A DNA stretch of 64,000 bases from Cyanophora paradoxa CCMP329 (lineage: Eukaryota > Plantae > Glaucophyta). The stretch lies in NCBI GenBank assembly GCA_004431415.1, contig QPMI01000520.1, positions 62,001 to 126,000 of the forward strand. Reading direction: 5' to 3'. Both the position numbers and the translations under genes were made by a program. This document shows, one piece after another, positions 52,766-64,000 of the stretch (positions within the stretch are counted from its first letter, which is position 1; every line of letters starts with the position of its first letter). The notes below the pieces were generated by a model that saw only the letters and a list, made by a program, of their open reading frames with translations, searched no databases and was not told the origin of the DNA.

Positions 52766-55700
52766 GTCGCATACCACAGCTGGGCCCGGACGCTGCCGCT
52801 GCTGTCCTTCACGAACGCGAGGCTCTGCTTGTCGCCTAATTATGAAGAGCATGCATTAATATATCGAGTCAGAAGGACAATCTTAATTGTGCAGCTAGCA
52901 GGGGCATGCGCAGCTCAAATGCGCACCAGGGTGGATGGAGACAAGCGCATGCCCGTCCTTTTCGCCAACTTGGTTGAACTTGACATGCTGGTCCCGATAT
53001 CCGCTCTGTGCACGAGCACGTGAGTGTGAGGTTCAGCAAAACAAAATGTGCGTGCTCGTGCGGGGTTCGCATCCTGATAAATGCAAAGTTCCTTAAATCT
53101 AAAATCTAAATGTAAGTAATTAATGCAAGCAGGAAATATATATAGCGATGCTATGATGCGCATTTAATTTTATGAATTAACGATTGGGAAGAATAAATGC
53201 CGGAAGCTTGACGTTCTGAAATTAAATATAAATTTGAATTTGGGCCAGGGGTGTCCGAGTTCGAAATATGTTCGACGAACCGGCTCGCGCCAAAGACATA
53301 TCTTGCCGCCGGCCTTGGTTGCCTCCTTGCCTGGAGTATCGCTGTATGTTTGCGAGTTCACGATTTTCAAGATGCGATATTCATCTGCTTCTTCCGGATG
53401 ATTCTTGGCATACTTAAAGAAGCGTGAGCCCTTAGGCGGCGCTGGCGCCGCGGGGGCCTCCCAAAGAACGAATGCTGCAGTTGGGCGATGTCATTACATT
53501 TACAGTATAAATTTCGCGCCATGCGCCGTGCCACGGTGCGCGGCGACTTCTATTTGCAGGCCAAATATGAATAAAAGGCGCACGATCGCTTGGATTGCAT
53601 TCTTTTTCTGTCAGCGGCGGTTGGCTCCTGAACTCGGAGCTCAAGCTGCTGTCGTTATCTATATACTTGAAAGCAGAAACACTCATGTTCGAAGCAATGC
53701 ATTTGCCCGTCGACGTCTGCACGCGTACGTGTACGTATACGCGAAGTTGTTGGAATTTAGCCTGGCCACGGCGGCCAGTCTGGCTAGCGCTTTTGCAAGT
53801 TTATCGCTTACATCACGGAGCATAAAGAACCCCTTCGGAATGAAAGGCTTGCCGGTGGGGTCAGGGTCAGGAATTGACTGCACCGCTGGCGTTTCATCTT
53901 CCTACATGGGTGGTTAGATAAGCTTTCGAGAGCGAAACAAACCGGGCGATGGCAAGAAGTATCTATATAGAGCTATATACATATACAGATATATCGATGA
54001 GACCAGTCTCTGGGCCGGGACGCACGGTGGTCTCATTGTCGATGCCGATGTCCACGTGCGCGGCGATATCTTGCAATTGTAGTTGCGCTTGGGTGCTCGA
54101 CGCGTTGCCTGAATCCACGATGCTGAAAAGAGGAGCCATCAATTTCATCATGCACCGAAATCAAGCCGAGGAGATCTAGCTATAGAGAGCCTATTTAACC
54201 AGTTCGGATGTCGATATTTGCAATTATATAATAACAACGCATATATATGCAACTTAAAATGGAAGTCGCGAGTTGGGACGGTCTGCACCCATTGTATCCG
54301 GTGCCCAAACCGTCAGTCGACGTCGACGTCTGGGCGATCGCGAGGGGCGCCGAGTAGCTGTCAGTGGTCAGGTCGCCGCCAGGTGTGAGGTCAAGGTCGC
54401 CGCCGGCCGTGGGGTCGATGTCGCCGCCGGCGCCGGCCGTGGGGTCGATGTCGCCGCCGGCCGTGGGGTCGATGTCGCCGCCGGCCGTGGGGTCGATGTC
54501 GCCGCCGGCGCCGGCCGTGGGGTCGATGCCGCTGCCGGCCGTGGGTCGATACCGCTGCCGGCCGTGGGCCGATATCGATGTCGCCGCCGGCGCCGGCCGT
54601 GGGGTCGATGTCGCCGCCGGCCGTGGGGTCGATGTCGCCGCCGGCCGTGGGGTCGAGGTCGCCGCCGGCCGTGGGGTCGATGTCGCCGCCGGCCGTGGGG
54701 TCGATGTCGCCGCCGGCCGTGGGGTCGATGTCGCCGCCGGCCGTGGGGTCGATGTCGCCGCCGGCGCCGGCCGTGGGGTCGATGTCGCCGCCGGCCGTGG
54801 GGTCGATGTCGCGATCGCCGCCGGCCGTGGGGTCGAGGTCGCCGCCGGCCGTGGGGTCGATGTCGCCGCCGGCCGTGGGGTCGATGTCGCCGCCGGCGCC
54901 GGCCGTGGGGTCGATGTCGCCGCCGGCCGTGGGGTCGAGGTCGCCGCGGCCGTGGGGTCGATGTCGCCGCCGGCGCCGCGGCCGGCCGTGGGGTCGAGGT
55001 CGCCGCCGGCCGTGGGGTCGAGGTCGCCGCCGGCCGTGGGGTCGCTGCCGGCCGTGGGGTCGATGTCACCGCCGGGTGTGGTGTCGAGGGCGTCGTAGTC
55101 CCTTGGCGCAACGGGGTCGTCATCGCTGCATGCGCAGGTGTCGTCGATCTTGCTGCCCTTGTCGAGGGCCATCGCCTCCGCCTCGACCTCGTCCCGCGCC
55201 GACGCCTGCTGGACGGCGTCGTACTTGGCGCGGACCTCCTCCGCCAGCCGCGCCAGGACCTGCTCTGCCTCCTCGAAGGTCATCCCTAGCTCCGCCGCCC
55301 GCGACGTGACGAGCTGCCGAATCAGCTTTGCGTCCTCTGTCGACTTCTGCGCCAGCTGCTGCACGTCGTCGCGCTCCACCTCCAGCTTCGCCAGGCGACC
55401 GGCAAAAGCGGTCTGCTTGTCGAGCAGCTGCGACACCTTGTACGCGTTGGGCTGCTCGCGTGCCTGCTCGGCCGCGACCTGCTCGGCAACTTTGGCTGCC
55501 TCGCTCTGCACGCGCCCTATCGCCCGCTCAACCTCCTGCCCGCGCTGCGAGCGTTCCAGCATCTGTGCCCACGCCCCCGTCATGCCGCCGCTTGCAGACA
55601 GCGTGCTGGCATTAAAATGGGGCGGGCGGGCGGCTGCGGGCGGGTGCGCACGCCAACGACAGCTTGCTCGAAGCGCTCCTTGAGAGTTGCCAGGATGCCC

Positions 55701-56650
55701 TCAGCGCTCGTGTCCGTCGGGTCCGGCTCCGCCTCGGATTCGTAGTTCACAGCATTCTCTGCACATGTTGCAATCGTGATCATGAGCTTTGCGATCTATC
55801 CATATGCATCTATTTGCATGTATGTGGCAATTTATATTCTAAGAGCGTCTTTGAGAGACCAGATCTAGAGCTCGCGATCGGTTGGACTGCGGATGTCGAT
55901 GCTGCAGCTGCTGTGTGTTTAATTTGCGATTGCAACGCACCGTGCTCGGCCGGCACAAACTTGCCGTCGGGCCCGATCACGCACTTGCCCGCGACGAGCG
56001 CATCAACCGCCTGCTCGCGATCGGAGTGCGGGCTGTCAGTTTTCGGCGACTGCGTGGAACTGCCCTGCGCATGCATGCAATTGCAAACGATCGCGAACAG
56101 CCGACCTTGTCGATGCACTGGATCTCGTTGCTCGCGAGGTGGCCTTTGAAGGCCGCTTTTTGGGCGTCGGTGAGCTTGCAGACGTTGTTCTGGGAGACTT
56201 TGAGGAGCGGGCACTTCTGGAAGACCGACTTGAACTTCACGCCCCTGCGCACGTGCGGCGCGCGCGCGCGGCGCCCCCTCAGCGTCTGCTGCGGCTGCCG
56301 CGCGGTGCGACGCGCGCGTCGGGGCGCGTGCGCACAGCTCGATGACGCCCTTTGGTGTGTACATGGTTTCGCCCTTCGGATTGTACGCCTTGTGGAAGCT
56401 GGAGGCCAGGGGAAGCGTCGATGTCGTGATTGGGCTTGCACGCATTTCATTTAATAGTAATTCGACGCACGTAATCTTCTGGGGGCGGATTTCGCCTTCG
56501 CGGTGCCAGTCGTCGGTTTTCTCCACCGCGTACGCCTTGTCGCCCACCGGTTTCTCCTCTTTCTCAGGCAGCTCCGTTGTCTTCTCCTTGCCAACGACGC
56601 GCTTGTCGTTGTGCTGCCGGATGTACGCTGCGCATGCCGGCCGCGGGGCT
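52586..56650 (-). pseudogene. Upstream exons of unknown spliced gene(s) with coiled-coil and repeat region; probably the 5' part of the virus-interrupted gene
   Basis: Series of same-strand exon-like ORFs (56547-, 55783-, 55583-, 54151-, 53883-, 53370-, 52852-); no recognisable family. Confidence 0.35.
54395..55072. repeat. GC-rich minisatellite, 24-bp unit GGCCGTGGGGTCGATGTCGCCGCC with 30-bp variants
   Basis: Directly visible tandem array of over 20 units; reads GGDIDPTA or AATSTPRP on the minus strand. Confidence 0.95.
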
Positions 56651-56951
56651 CGTGAGGGGCACCACGTGCACGTACGCGTGGACGTGCACGAGACTCATGC
56701 ATGAATCAATTAATTATGAGGCGCTTGTCGGGAACGCACTGTTGATCTGGCCAAGTTCCGCGCCAGGCTGGATGCTGCGAGGCCCGGGCGGTCAAAACAA
56801 ATATTTCCAATGTTTTATTGATTAAAGATAGCATCCAGATTCGAATTCGCTCATTGTTATAATTATGATCATGAGCATCTTCTTTATAATCTATAATTCA
56901 ATATTTTGATCAAAGTGAATTGGAAACGGCACGAGCGGCGAAAGAGGCGCA

Positions 56952-59158
56952 CTAGTAGCCGGTGATGTCGGCCTGGTCGGTCTGCTCGTACGTGCCCTTG
57001 CCGTACTCGATGCCGTCCTGCGACCAATCCTTCGTGCACTCCTTCGTGATTGGCTGCTTCCACTTCAGGGTGTGCTTCTCGTCATACTTCAGCTCGAAGT
57101 CCTGCGCATGCGGTGCGGCCCAATCAGAAATCGACCAGAGAAATGCAAAGCTGGGGTGTTGCCATGGCCAAATTGCAACTGAATGAATTCAATTCAAAGA
57201 ATTTCGAACCTGTTTGGCGATGGTCTGGACCTCGCAGGCCGTGACATCCTCGGTCTTGACGACGTTGAAGTTAACGTCCGCCTTGAAAAGGGACTCGACG
57301 CCGATGTTCTTGGCAGCCATCGCCTTCAGAAGGCCCTTCGGGAGCGTGTCCTGGCACTGCTCACGGCACCCGGGTCGACACCCGGCCCGCGTTGGCGAAC
57401 TTCCTCAAGCTCGAATTGCGGCCGCCTGATCGCAGGGCCGCACCAGGCGGGGGATGCTGTCGTCGACGTGGAGCTTGTACTGCTTGAAGTCGTGGTGCTC
57501 AGCCTCCTGCAGCTCCTTGACCTCGAGCCCGACGTTCTCAATGACGAGATTGTCGCAGCTCTTCGCGTCGATGTACTCCTTCGGCTGCTCATCTGCGCGC
57601 CCTCATGATTATGATCAGCGGAAGCGAGGCGTCGGGGCACAATATCAATGTCGGCGTGCAATGTTGCAATTGCGCACCGACGAATTTGCAGTTGACGGTG
57701 CCGCATTTGCCGACCATGGGGCCCGTCGGCTTGAAGTCCTGGGTGTCCCACTGCGCAGGCCGGGCCCCGTCATGATCAGCGCTGCCCGCGACCAGCTGCA
57801 GTTGCAGCTGAATATATATGCACGATCGCGAGCACGCACGTCCCAGGTGGTGGCGCCTGGCTGCCCAGGGATGACCTGGCCCTCGATGATCTGCTTCTCG
57901 CCATAGACTACCTTGTCGATCTTGACCTGCTGCTTCGTCTCCAGGTGCCCTGCGCGCGCAGTCTCGTGAGAAGACACCGCACGCGGCGGCCATATACATT
58001 GCATATGCATGGGCGCGGGCCGGGCACCACGTGCACGTACCATGCTCGGTGATCGGGGTGACGACGTCGTCGGAGCCAGAACGCTCGTACGGTTGGGTGA
58101 TCCTGCGCGGCGGTCATGATCAGCTGAAGAACTGCCATGCATATGCACATGGCCAGCATTGATCGGACATCGGGCCCGCCACTCACTTCCAGGTGCCTGC
58201 GCGAGGGCACATCGAGAATAATCAGCACGTTCACGCACGCGTACTCGCGATCCCGGCAGATCTAGATTTACATCTCGATCTCTAGATCTATTTCAAGTTT
58301 CATGATGTACAGCAGCTGCGCATGCAGCTGCAGGCCAATCATCATGGCATGATCACAGCAGCCGACATGCATATCGATATCCTGCACTGCGGCAGCGCAG
58401 CGCGTGCGCAGCGCGCGCGCGTGCGCACCGGAGCGCTCGGCGTCGGCCGTGTACTTGGCCTCCCCGGCGACCCTGAGCTCCCCCGGCCGCTGCACCTCCC
58501 CGACGACCTTGAAGGGCCGCACGTAGTCCACCTGCTTCACGTGGAAGCCGTCCTGCGGCACCTCGCACTCGCCCTGCGCGGCAGGCGCTGCAGCCGCGGA
58601 CGGACGTCAGCTTTACATGTGTTTGCACGTTTGCAGCACGCGGAATAGGAGGCGCGACAATCTAAGATCTGTAGCTAGATATATATATATATATATATCG
58701 ATCTACACATATGCATTGATGGTGTCCACTGGGCCAGCGCGCGCACGCTTGGTCATGGCATGCTGCACTTCGAACGTCTGCGAGCACATGCACCGTGGCA
58801 CTTGGTCAGTCGGTGGACCCGGAAGTTGGAAGGGAATTAAAATCACCCGCGCGCGCGGCAGTGGCCCCGGCCCCCATATGCATCCCAGCAGTATTTATGC
58901 ACATGCATATGCATCTATATTGCATATCGCCAGCAGAACTCAACAGAAGACACGCACCGCCTCCTCGCTCTCCGGAAGGCTCGCGTAGTACGAGGCCGAT
59001 TCGTCGCCGCGCACGTCGCTGCCATAGACGCCCAGATCAAGCGCGAACTGCGGCTGCGGCTGCGGCTCTCCCTCGGCCAGCGTCTCGGGGGCGACGGAGA
59101 CGGGCGAGCCGCCGCCGCGGCCGAGGTGCTGGAGGGGTTTCTCCTTGCTCTCGACCAT
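56952..59158 (-). CDS. Unknown multi-exon gene
   Basis: Exon-like segments MVESKEKP..., PQDGFHVKQVDYVRPF, HLETKQQVKIDKVVYG, WDTQDFKPTGP, ...YEQTDQADITGY*, bounded by GT/AG. Confidence 0.35.
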
Positions 59159-60691
59159 GCGCATGCTGCCCACGGCGCGGCACAAACAGATCTAGACGCG
59201 TACGAACGCCCCGCGCGCCTGCGCCGCAGTGCTGCTGCTCGCCAGGCCGCGTCGACGTCGAGCTTCAGGCTGCAGCGAGTCTGCCAGCGACCCGGATCAG
59301 CAGCCGCTGAGCAGTCGACCGTCGGACGCGCGCGCGGTCTCTTAAGCCTAACTAGCACGCCGGCGGCCTCTGCTCGGGCTCTGACTGGGCCGGCCGCCGG
59401 TTGGAAACGGGGTAGCCTAGTAGGGAAAGCGCGGGCCGGGACGCGCGCGCGCGGGCCCGCGCGCGGCCGGCCCAGCGCCGGCGCCCCGTCTGCGCATGCG
59501 CATGCACATGCACTGCCGCACTGCCGCAGTGCCGGCGCCGGCGCCACGCGCCGGGCGCCGAGCCTCGGAGGCCGCGCCGCGGCCGCGCGGCGCGGCCGGC
59601 GCCGCCGGGCCGCGCCTGCATGCACGCATGCGAATGACTGCGCATGCGCATATCATACCGTAGTACTACTAGGCTTAGTAGGCTATGCATGCCGGCGCCG
59701 CACCTGCACTGCCGCCGGTCGGCGCCGCGCCGCCGCCGCGCCCGCACTGCCGGCGCCACGCGCCTCGCGCAAGTCCAGCAAGCCGCTAGCCGGAGCTCAG
59801 CTAGTTGGCCAGCGCGAAAGCCTGTCGGCTAGCTAGCCGGCTTTATCGTGCGAGTGTACCCAGCAATCTCCTGAAACTCGCAGGAGCTCTTTTTTTCGGC
59901 ATCCGGTACATCGGGTACTTGATGCGGCCTAGCGCGCCACGCGCTGCTTCCCGAGCACTGGCATGTATGGCAAGCTTTGCTGAGCATTGCAAGAGCTTTC
60001 TTATGCACTTGGTCCGGCCCCTATACGACCACAGGATCAGGCGCTGCAAGGGATAGTTCCGGAAAGGGTCCGGTCCTTTTTTCAGCGCTGCATTCTGCTC
60101 TTTCCGGGTTCTGACAACGAATTCCGGGCTCTCATGCATGCACTAACACTCGTTCAAGAGCTCGGAGCTGGATCGGGAGATGAGCAGACTCGTCATTTTG
60201 TGAGTTTCCGAAAACGGGGGCCCTACCCCGTTTCCAATTAGTTTAACGTTAACTTGGAAAGAAAGCTTCCTAGACCGGGCCTAAGTATACAGCCTATATA
60301 CAGGCACAGGCGCGGGTACCGGGGGTAGCCCAGCCTATAGCTACTAGGCTATAGGCTATCGCTAGAAGCTGAGTGCTAGTACCACAAACTACAGTACCAA
60401 GTAGTCCTAGTAGACTGCTCTGCAATCAGTGCAATGTCGGACGCGTACCGAAGACGGCTCCTTGCAGGCGTGTAAGAGCCTCCGGGGTTTTTTTCGAACA
60501 TGAAACCGCTGCCTCTTTCCCGGCGGATTTTTTCCACGACGGGTACGTTGAAAGGAGAAATAACGCTAACGCTAGCGCTAGCGCTTGCGCTTGCGCGCAC
60601 TGGCAGCGCCGGCGTCGACGTCGGGCCGCCGGCGCAGGCGCCGGCGCCGGCACAGACGGCCGGATGGACATCGATCGCGGCCGCCGCGCGC

Positions 60692-62687
60692 CTACTGCAT
60701 GCGGACCTCCGTGCCGAAGCGGGCGCCGCCCTTCTTGAGGTTCGCGGGGCTGAAGGGGGAGTACTTGTGCTGGTCGTAGACGTGGCCCGGCGAGTGGGAC
60801 ATGTAGAGCTGGTGCTTCTGCACCTCGTGCTCAAGCACGGGCACTGCGCCGCCCAGGCGCCACCCAGCCAGTGAGCCCGCGAGCGAGTGGGGCGCGGGGC
60901 CGGCAAGGGGCGGGGCGGGCGGCGGGGCGGGGCGCACCGTGGCCCTTGAGGACCTTTTCGGAGCTGTAGCGCTGCTCCTCCTTGCCCCAGCGGGCGGCGG
61001 GGGCGCCCCGCAGGCGCGGGTCGCCCTGCGGGCCGCACGTCCCCGGGAGGTCGTACGAGGCCGGGCCGACGCCCGGGCGGATGTCGCCGCGGATGGGGCC
61101 CGAGCACTCCCGGACCTCCGTGCGCGCCCCCCACGCGGTCGCCGGGCCGACCTTGGGCCCGATCGCGGGGGGCAGGTCGTAGGCGTCGGGGGAGGGGCCC
61201 CCCGTGCAGAGCTTCGACCACACCTCAGCCGTCCGCTCCCCGACCCCGAAGCCAAAGGCCCCTGCCCCCGCCCCGCCGTGAGCGCCGGCCCGGCCCCGCG
61301 GGGCGGGTGCCCGGAGGGAGGGGTCGGGGTTGGGGCGCACCGCCGAAGTGGCGGGTGACCTGCCAGGGGACCTGCTCGTAGGTGCCGGCGCCGGGCGTCG
61401 CGTGGGAGAGGTCCATGTAGAAGCGGTCCTCGCTGCCGCCGAGGCCCCGGGCGCCGCCGGTCTGCTCGGCGGCCGGCTTGATGCGGACCTCGTAGGCACC
61501 GGGCCCCGGGTTGTCCTTGAGGACCCCCACCGTGCCCGTCACCGCCACGCGCGACTTGATCGAGAAGGCTGGCGTCCGGCCCCCCGCCTTGTCCCGCACC
61601 TCGTACGTCCCCGGGCCCGGCGTCATCGACCCCCACCGCCACGGCGCCTGCCCCGCCGTCGCCCGGTCCTTCCGCTCCGGCGGCCGCTGCGGCGGCCGCT
61701 CCGCCAGCGGCACCCGCCCCGAGGGGGCCGGCGACGTCGCCGGGCGGGCCGAGGGCGCCAGGGCGGGGGCCGAGGCGGAGGCGCGCAGCGAGGAGGGGCC
61801 GGCGAGGGGGCGCGCGGGGCAGGGGACTCGGGGGCGGCCTCGTGGGGGAAGGCGGGGGCGGGGCGCGGGGCCGGGGCGGGGCTGGAGGCGGCGGCGGGGG
61901 CGGAGGCGTGGGAGTGGGCGAGGGAGGCGCCCGAGCGGTACGAGGCGGGGCCCGGGGAGAAGAGGCTCGGCGAGGAGGCCCGCCCGGGGCTGCCCCGCGA
62001 GATGCTCGGGCGCGCCGAGGCGGCCGGCGAGGCGTGCTGCAGCGCCGCCGCCGAGTGCGCGCTGTTCATCATCGCCTGCGCCCGGGCGCCCACGCCGGCG
62101 AAGAGGGAGGCCAGGGTCGGCTTCACGGCGGCCGGCGACGGCACCCGCTCCTTCGCGCGGTAGGAGCGGACGAGGGCCGCCGGGTTGCGCCCCGCGGGGC
62201 CCCGCGGAGGGAGGCGGCCGGGCGGGGTGGCCTCGTGGTCGAGGCGGCCGTAGAGGACGGTGGAGGAGGAGCTGGAGGGCCGAAGCGCGTCCAGGTCCTC
62301 GTAGATGAAGTCGTTCCCCTCCGAGGCCCGCGACAGCGGCCGCTCCCGCGACGCCGGCCGCTCGAGCGCGTCGTGCCCGTGCCCGTGCGTGTGCGCGTGC
62401 GGTGCCTGCATCGCCCCGGGCGAGGGCGGCGCGCCCGGCCCCGCGAGTCGGGCCGCCTCGTCGCGCGAGGCCCGCCGCGCGCTGCGGGCGGCCTGCACGC
62501 CGGCCCCTGCCGGCCGCTCCTCCAGCATCAAGAGCTCGACGTCTTCATCCGGGGAGAGTGCCGGCGTCGGGCCCCGCTCCTCGCCGGCCTCGCCGTCCGC
62601 GTGCTCTGACGGGAGGAGATCCGAATCGGGCGCGGGCGCATCGGGTGCGTCGCCGACCTCCACGCTAAGCTCCTCTTGTCTCCTCAT
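60692..62687 (-). CDS. SHIPPO/STPG (sperm-tail PG-rich) repeat protein, ODF3-like
   Basis: Repeated TPGPGTYEV, NPGPGAYEV, TPGAGTYE, GPSPDAYDL, VGPASYDL and SPGHVYD. Confidence 0.8.
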
Positions 62688-63056
62688 GTCTGCAGACGCA
62701 GCGCTGCGCGGGGGCGTGAGCGGGTGACCGATGCAATCCGATTCGGCACGGATGAGGAACTAACCGTCCGCCGGTTGGGGGGATCTCCTCGAATCAGCAA
62801 AGAAGCTCCAGCTTGCTAGGCGCGCAGGCGCCGGTCCGCCTGGAGCACTGGTGGTTGCAGCGGCACCTTGACTCCGGATGGCGTTCCGAACAAGCAGGCG
62901 GGGCTGGGCAAGCAGCGGCGATCGATGCGGTAGACACGCTGTAGGATTCTTCTGCCGCTGGCTTCTCAGTTGGCTCTGGTTCAGACTAGTTGGTTCGTCC
63001 GGGTACAACGTGGTACAAGAGGGGGTAGACAAACGAAGGAAGCTTCGAGCAAAAGC

Positions 63057-64000
63057 ATGCAGGAGCTCGAGGACGTTGCTGAACTCCAGGCGCTTCTTTC
63101 CCAGGCCAAGCGACCGCGCGTGCGTGCATTGCTGCAGAGGGAGCTCGAGGCGGTGCGCACGGCGCGCGACGCCGCAGGGCCCGCGAATGCTCTAAGCTGA
63201 TCGCACACCGTAGTTGCAGAGCTCGAGCTATGCTCCGACCGGTACCGCTGCGGCGGCCGCCCCAGCAGCCACGCCGGCACCGGCCGGCGCGCAGCCGACG
63301 CCTGCCCCGCCAGTCCGGCAGGTCCTCTACACTCCGAGTGCGTGCAATAACCTTGACGCACGACTAGCGCGCTAGCCCCCCTGCAGCTGCCGCCAGCCGG
63401 GCGCGCGCGTGTACGCGCCGAACGCCTCCGGGCCCGCTGAACGGGCGCGCGCGCGCAGTCTCGTCGTACGCGTTCGACCAGAGCGACACGCACGTGAAGA
63501 TTTACATCTCGCTGGACGGCGTGGGCGACCTCCCCAAGGAGCAGATCGAGGCCAAGTTCACCAAGGACTCCCTCGACCTCGTCGTGAGCGGCCTCAAGGG
63601 CAAGAACCACCGCCTCTACGTCCCCAAGCTCGACAAGGAGGTGCCCCGGCGCCCGTCCTATGGCTCATCCGGCCCAGATCTAGATTTGATCTGACTCCCG
63701 AGAGGCAGATCGTGGCGGAGGAGAGCTCGTTCCGGGTCTCGGCCTCGTCGCACCGGGTGACGCTCTCGCTGCGGAAGGCGGGGAAGTGGGACCACTGGAG
63801 CAGCGTCGCCGAGGACCCGCGCTTCAAGGTCCCCAAGGGCGCCGACAAGGACCCCGGCGCCTCCATCACCGAGATGATGAAGTCCGCCGCTTGCACTTGG
63901 CTCCGAGTAGAGCTCGCCACAGCCCGCTGACAGTGACGGCGCCCCGCAGGACGATGTACGAGGAGGGGGACGACAACCTGAAGAAGACGATCGCGCAGGC
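63057..64000 (+). CDS. CACYBP: Calcyclin-binding protein / Siah-interacting protein (spliced, runs off the window)
   Basis: N-terminal DVAELQALLSQAKRPRVRALL, CS domain YAFDQSDTHVKIYISLDGV, SGS domain DPGASITEMMK.MYEEGDDNLKKTIAQA. Confidence 0.9.

Noticed and set aside
54395-55072. CRISPR-like array
   Set aside because: Units are contiguous with no unique spacers and no cas genes; it is a minisatellite.
17952-60274. TCTAGGAATGCTTT / AAAGCTTCCTAGA as TIRs of a 42-kb outer element
   Set aside because: Only 13 matching bases with an indel, no extension and no TSD; compatible with chance.

Overview
GC-rich eukaryotic host DNA with many short introns. A MAF-type plastid transit peptide and an axonemal SHIPPO-repeat gene suggest a flagellated alga, possibly a Cyanophora-like glaucophyte (inference only). 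It carries a complete, AT-rich, intron-free 28.5-kb endogenous Polinton-like virus at 21331-49842, with 1091-bp terminal inverted repeats (TIRs) and a 6-bp target-site duplication (TSD) AGCAAT. The element encodes a double-jelly-roll major capsid protein, two penton-like proteins, an A32 packaging ATPase, a PrimPol-SF3 helicase, a protein-primed PolB with an apparently dead proofreading domain, an rve integrase, five fibre-like genes (four sharing an N-terminal domain), a patatin-discoidin fusion and a prokaryote-type S-adenosylmethionine decarboxylase. No maturation protease was recognised. Non-coding structure inside the element includes a terminal 27-mer repeated in inverted orientation 270 bp inside each TIR, ~92-97-bp TGTAAC/GTTACA palindromes in both TIRs and behind the primase-helicase, and AAAATTGA-type promoter motifs. 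A 300-bp tRNA-derived SINE with a 15-bp TSD sits in frame inside the integrase. A 1.76-kb insert next to the right end is flanked by a 985-bp direct duplication. Host genes: TPM/MOLO1-like protein, acylphosphatase (apparently sharing its transit-peptide exons with an unrelated membrane protein), F-box/LRR protein, MFS transporter, PAP2 phosphatase, hnRNP R/Q-like protein, SHIPPO-repeat protein and CACYBP. Several single-base frameshifts may be assembly errors. All homology calls come from motif recognition by eye, not from database searches.
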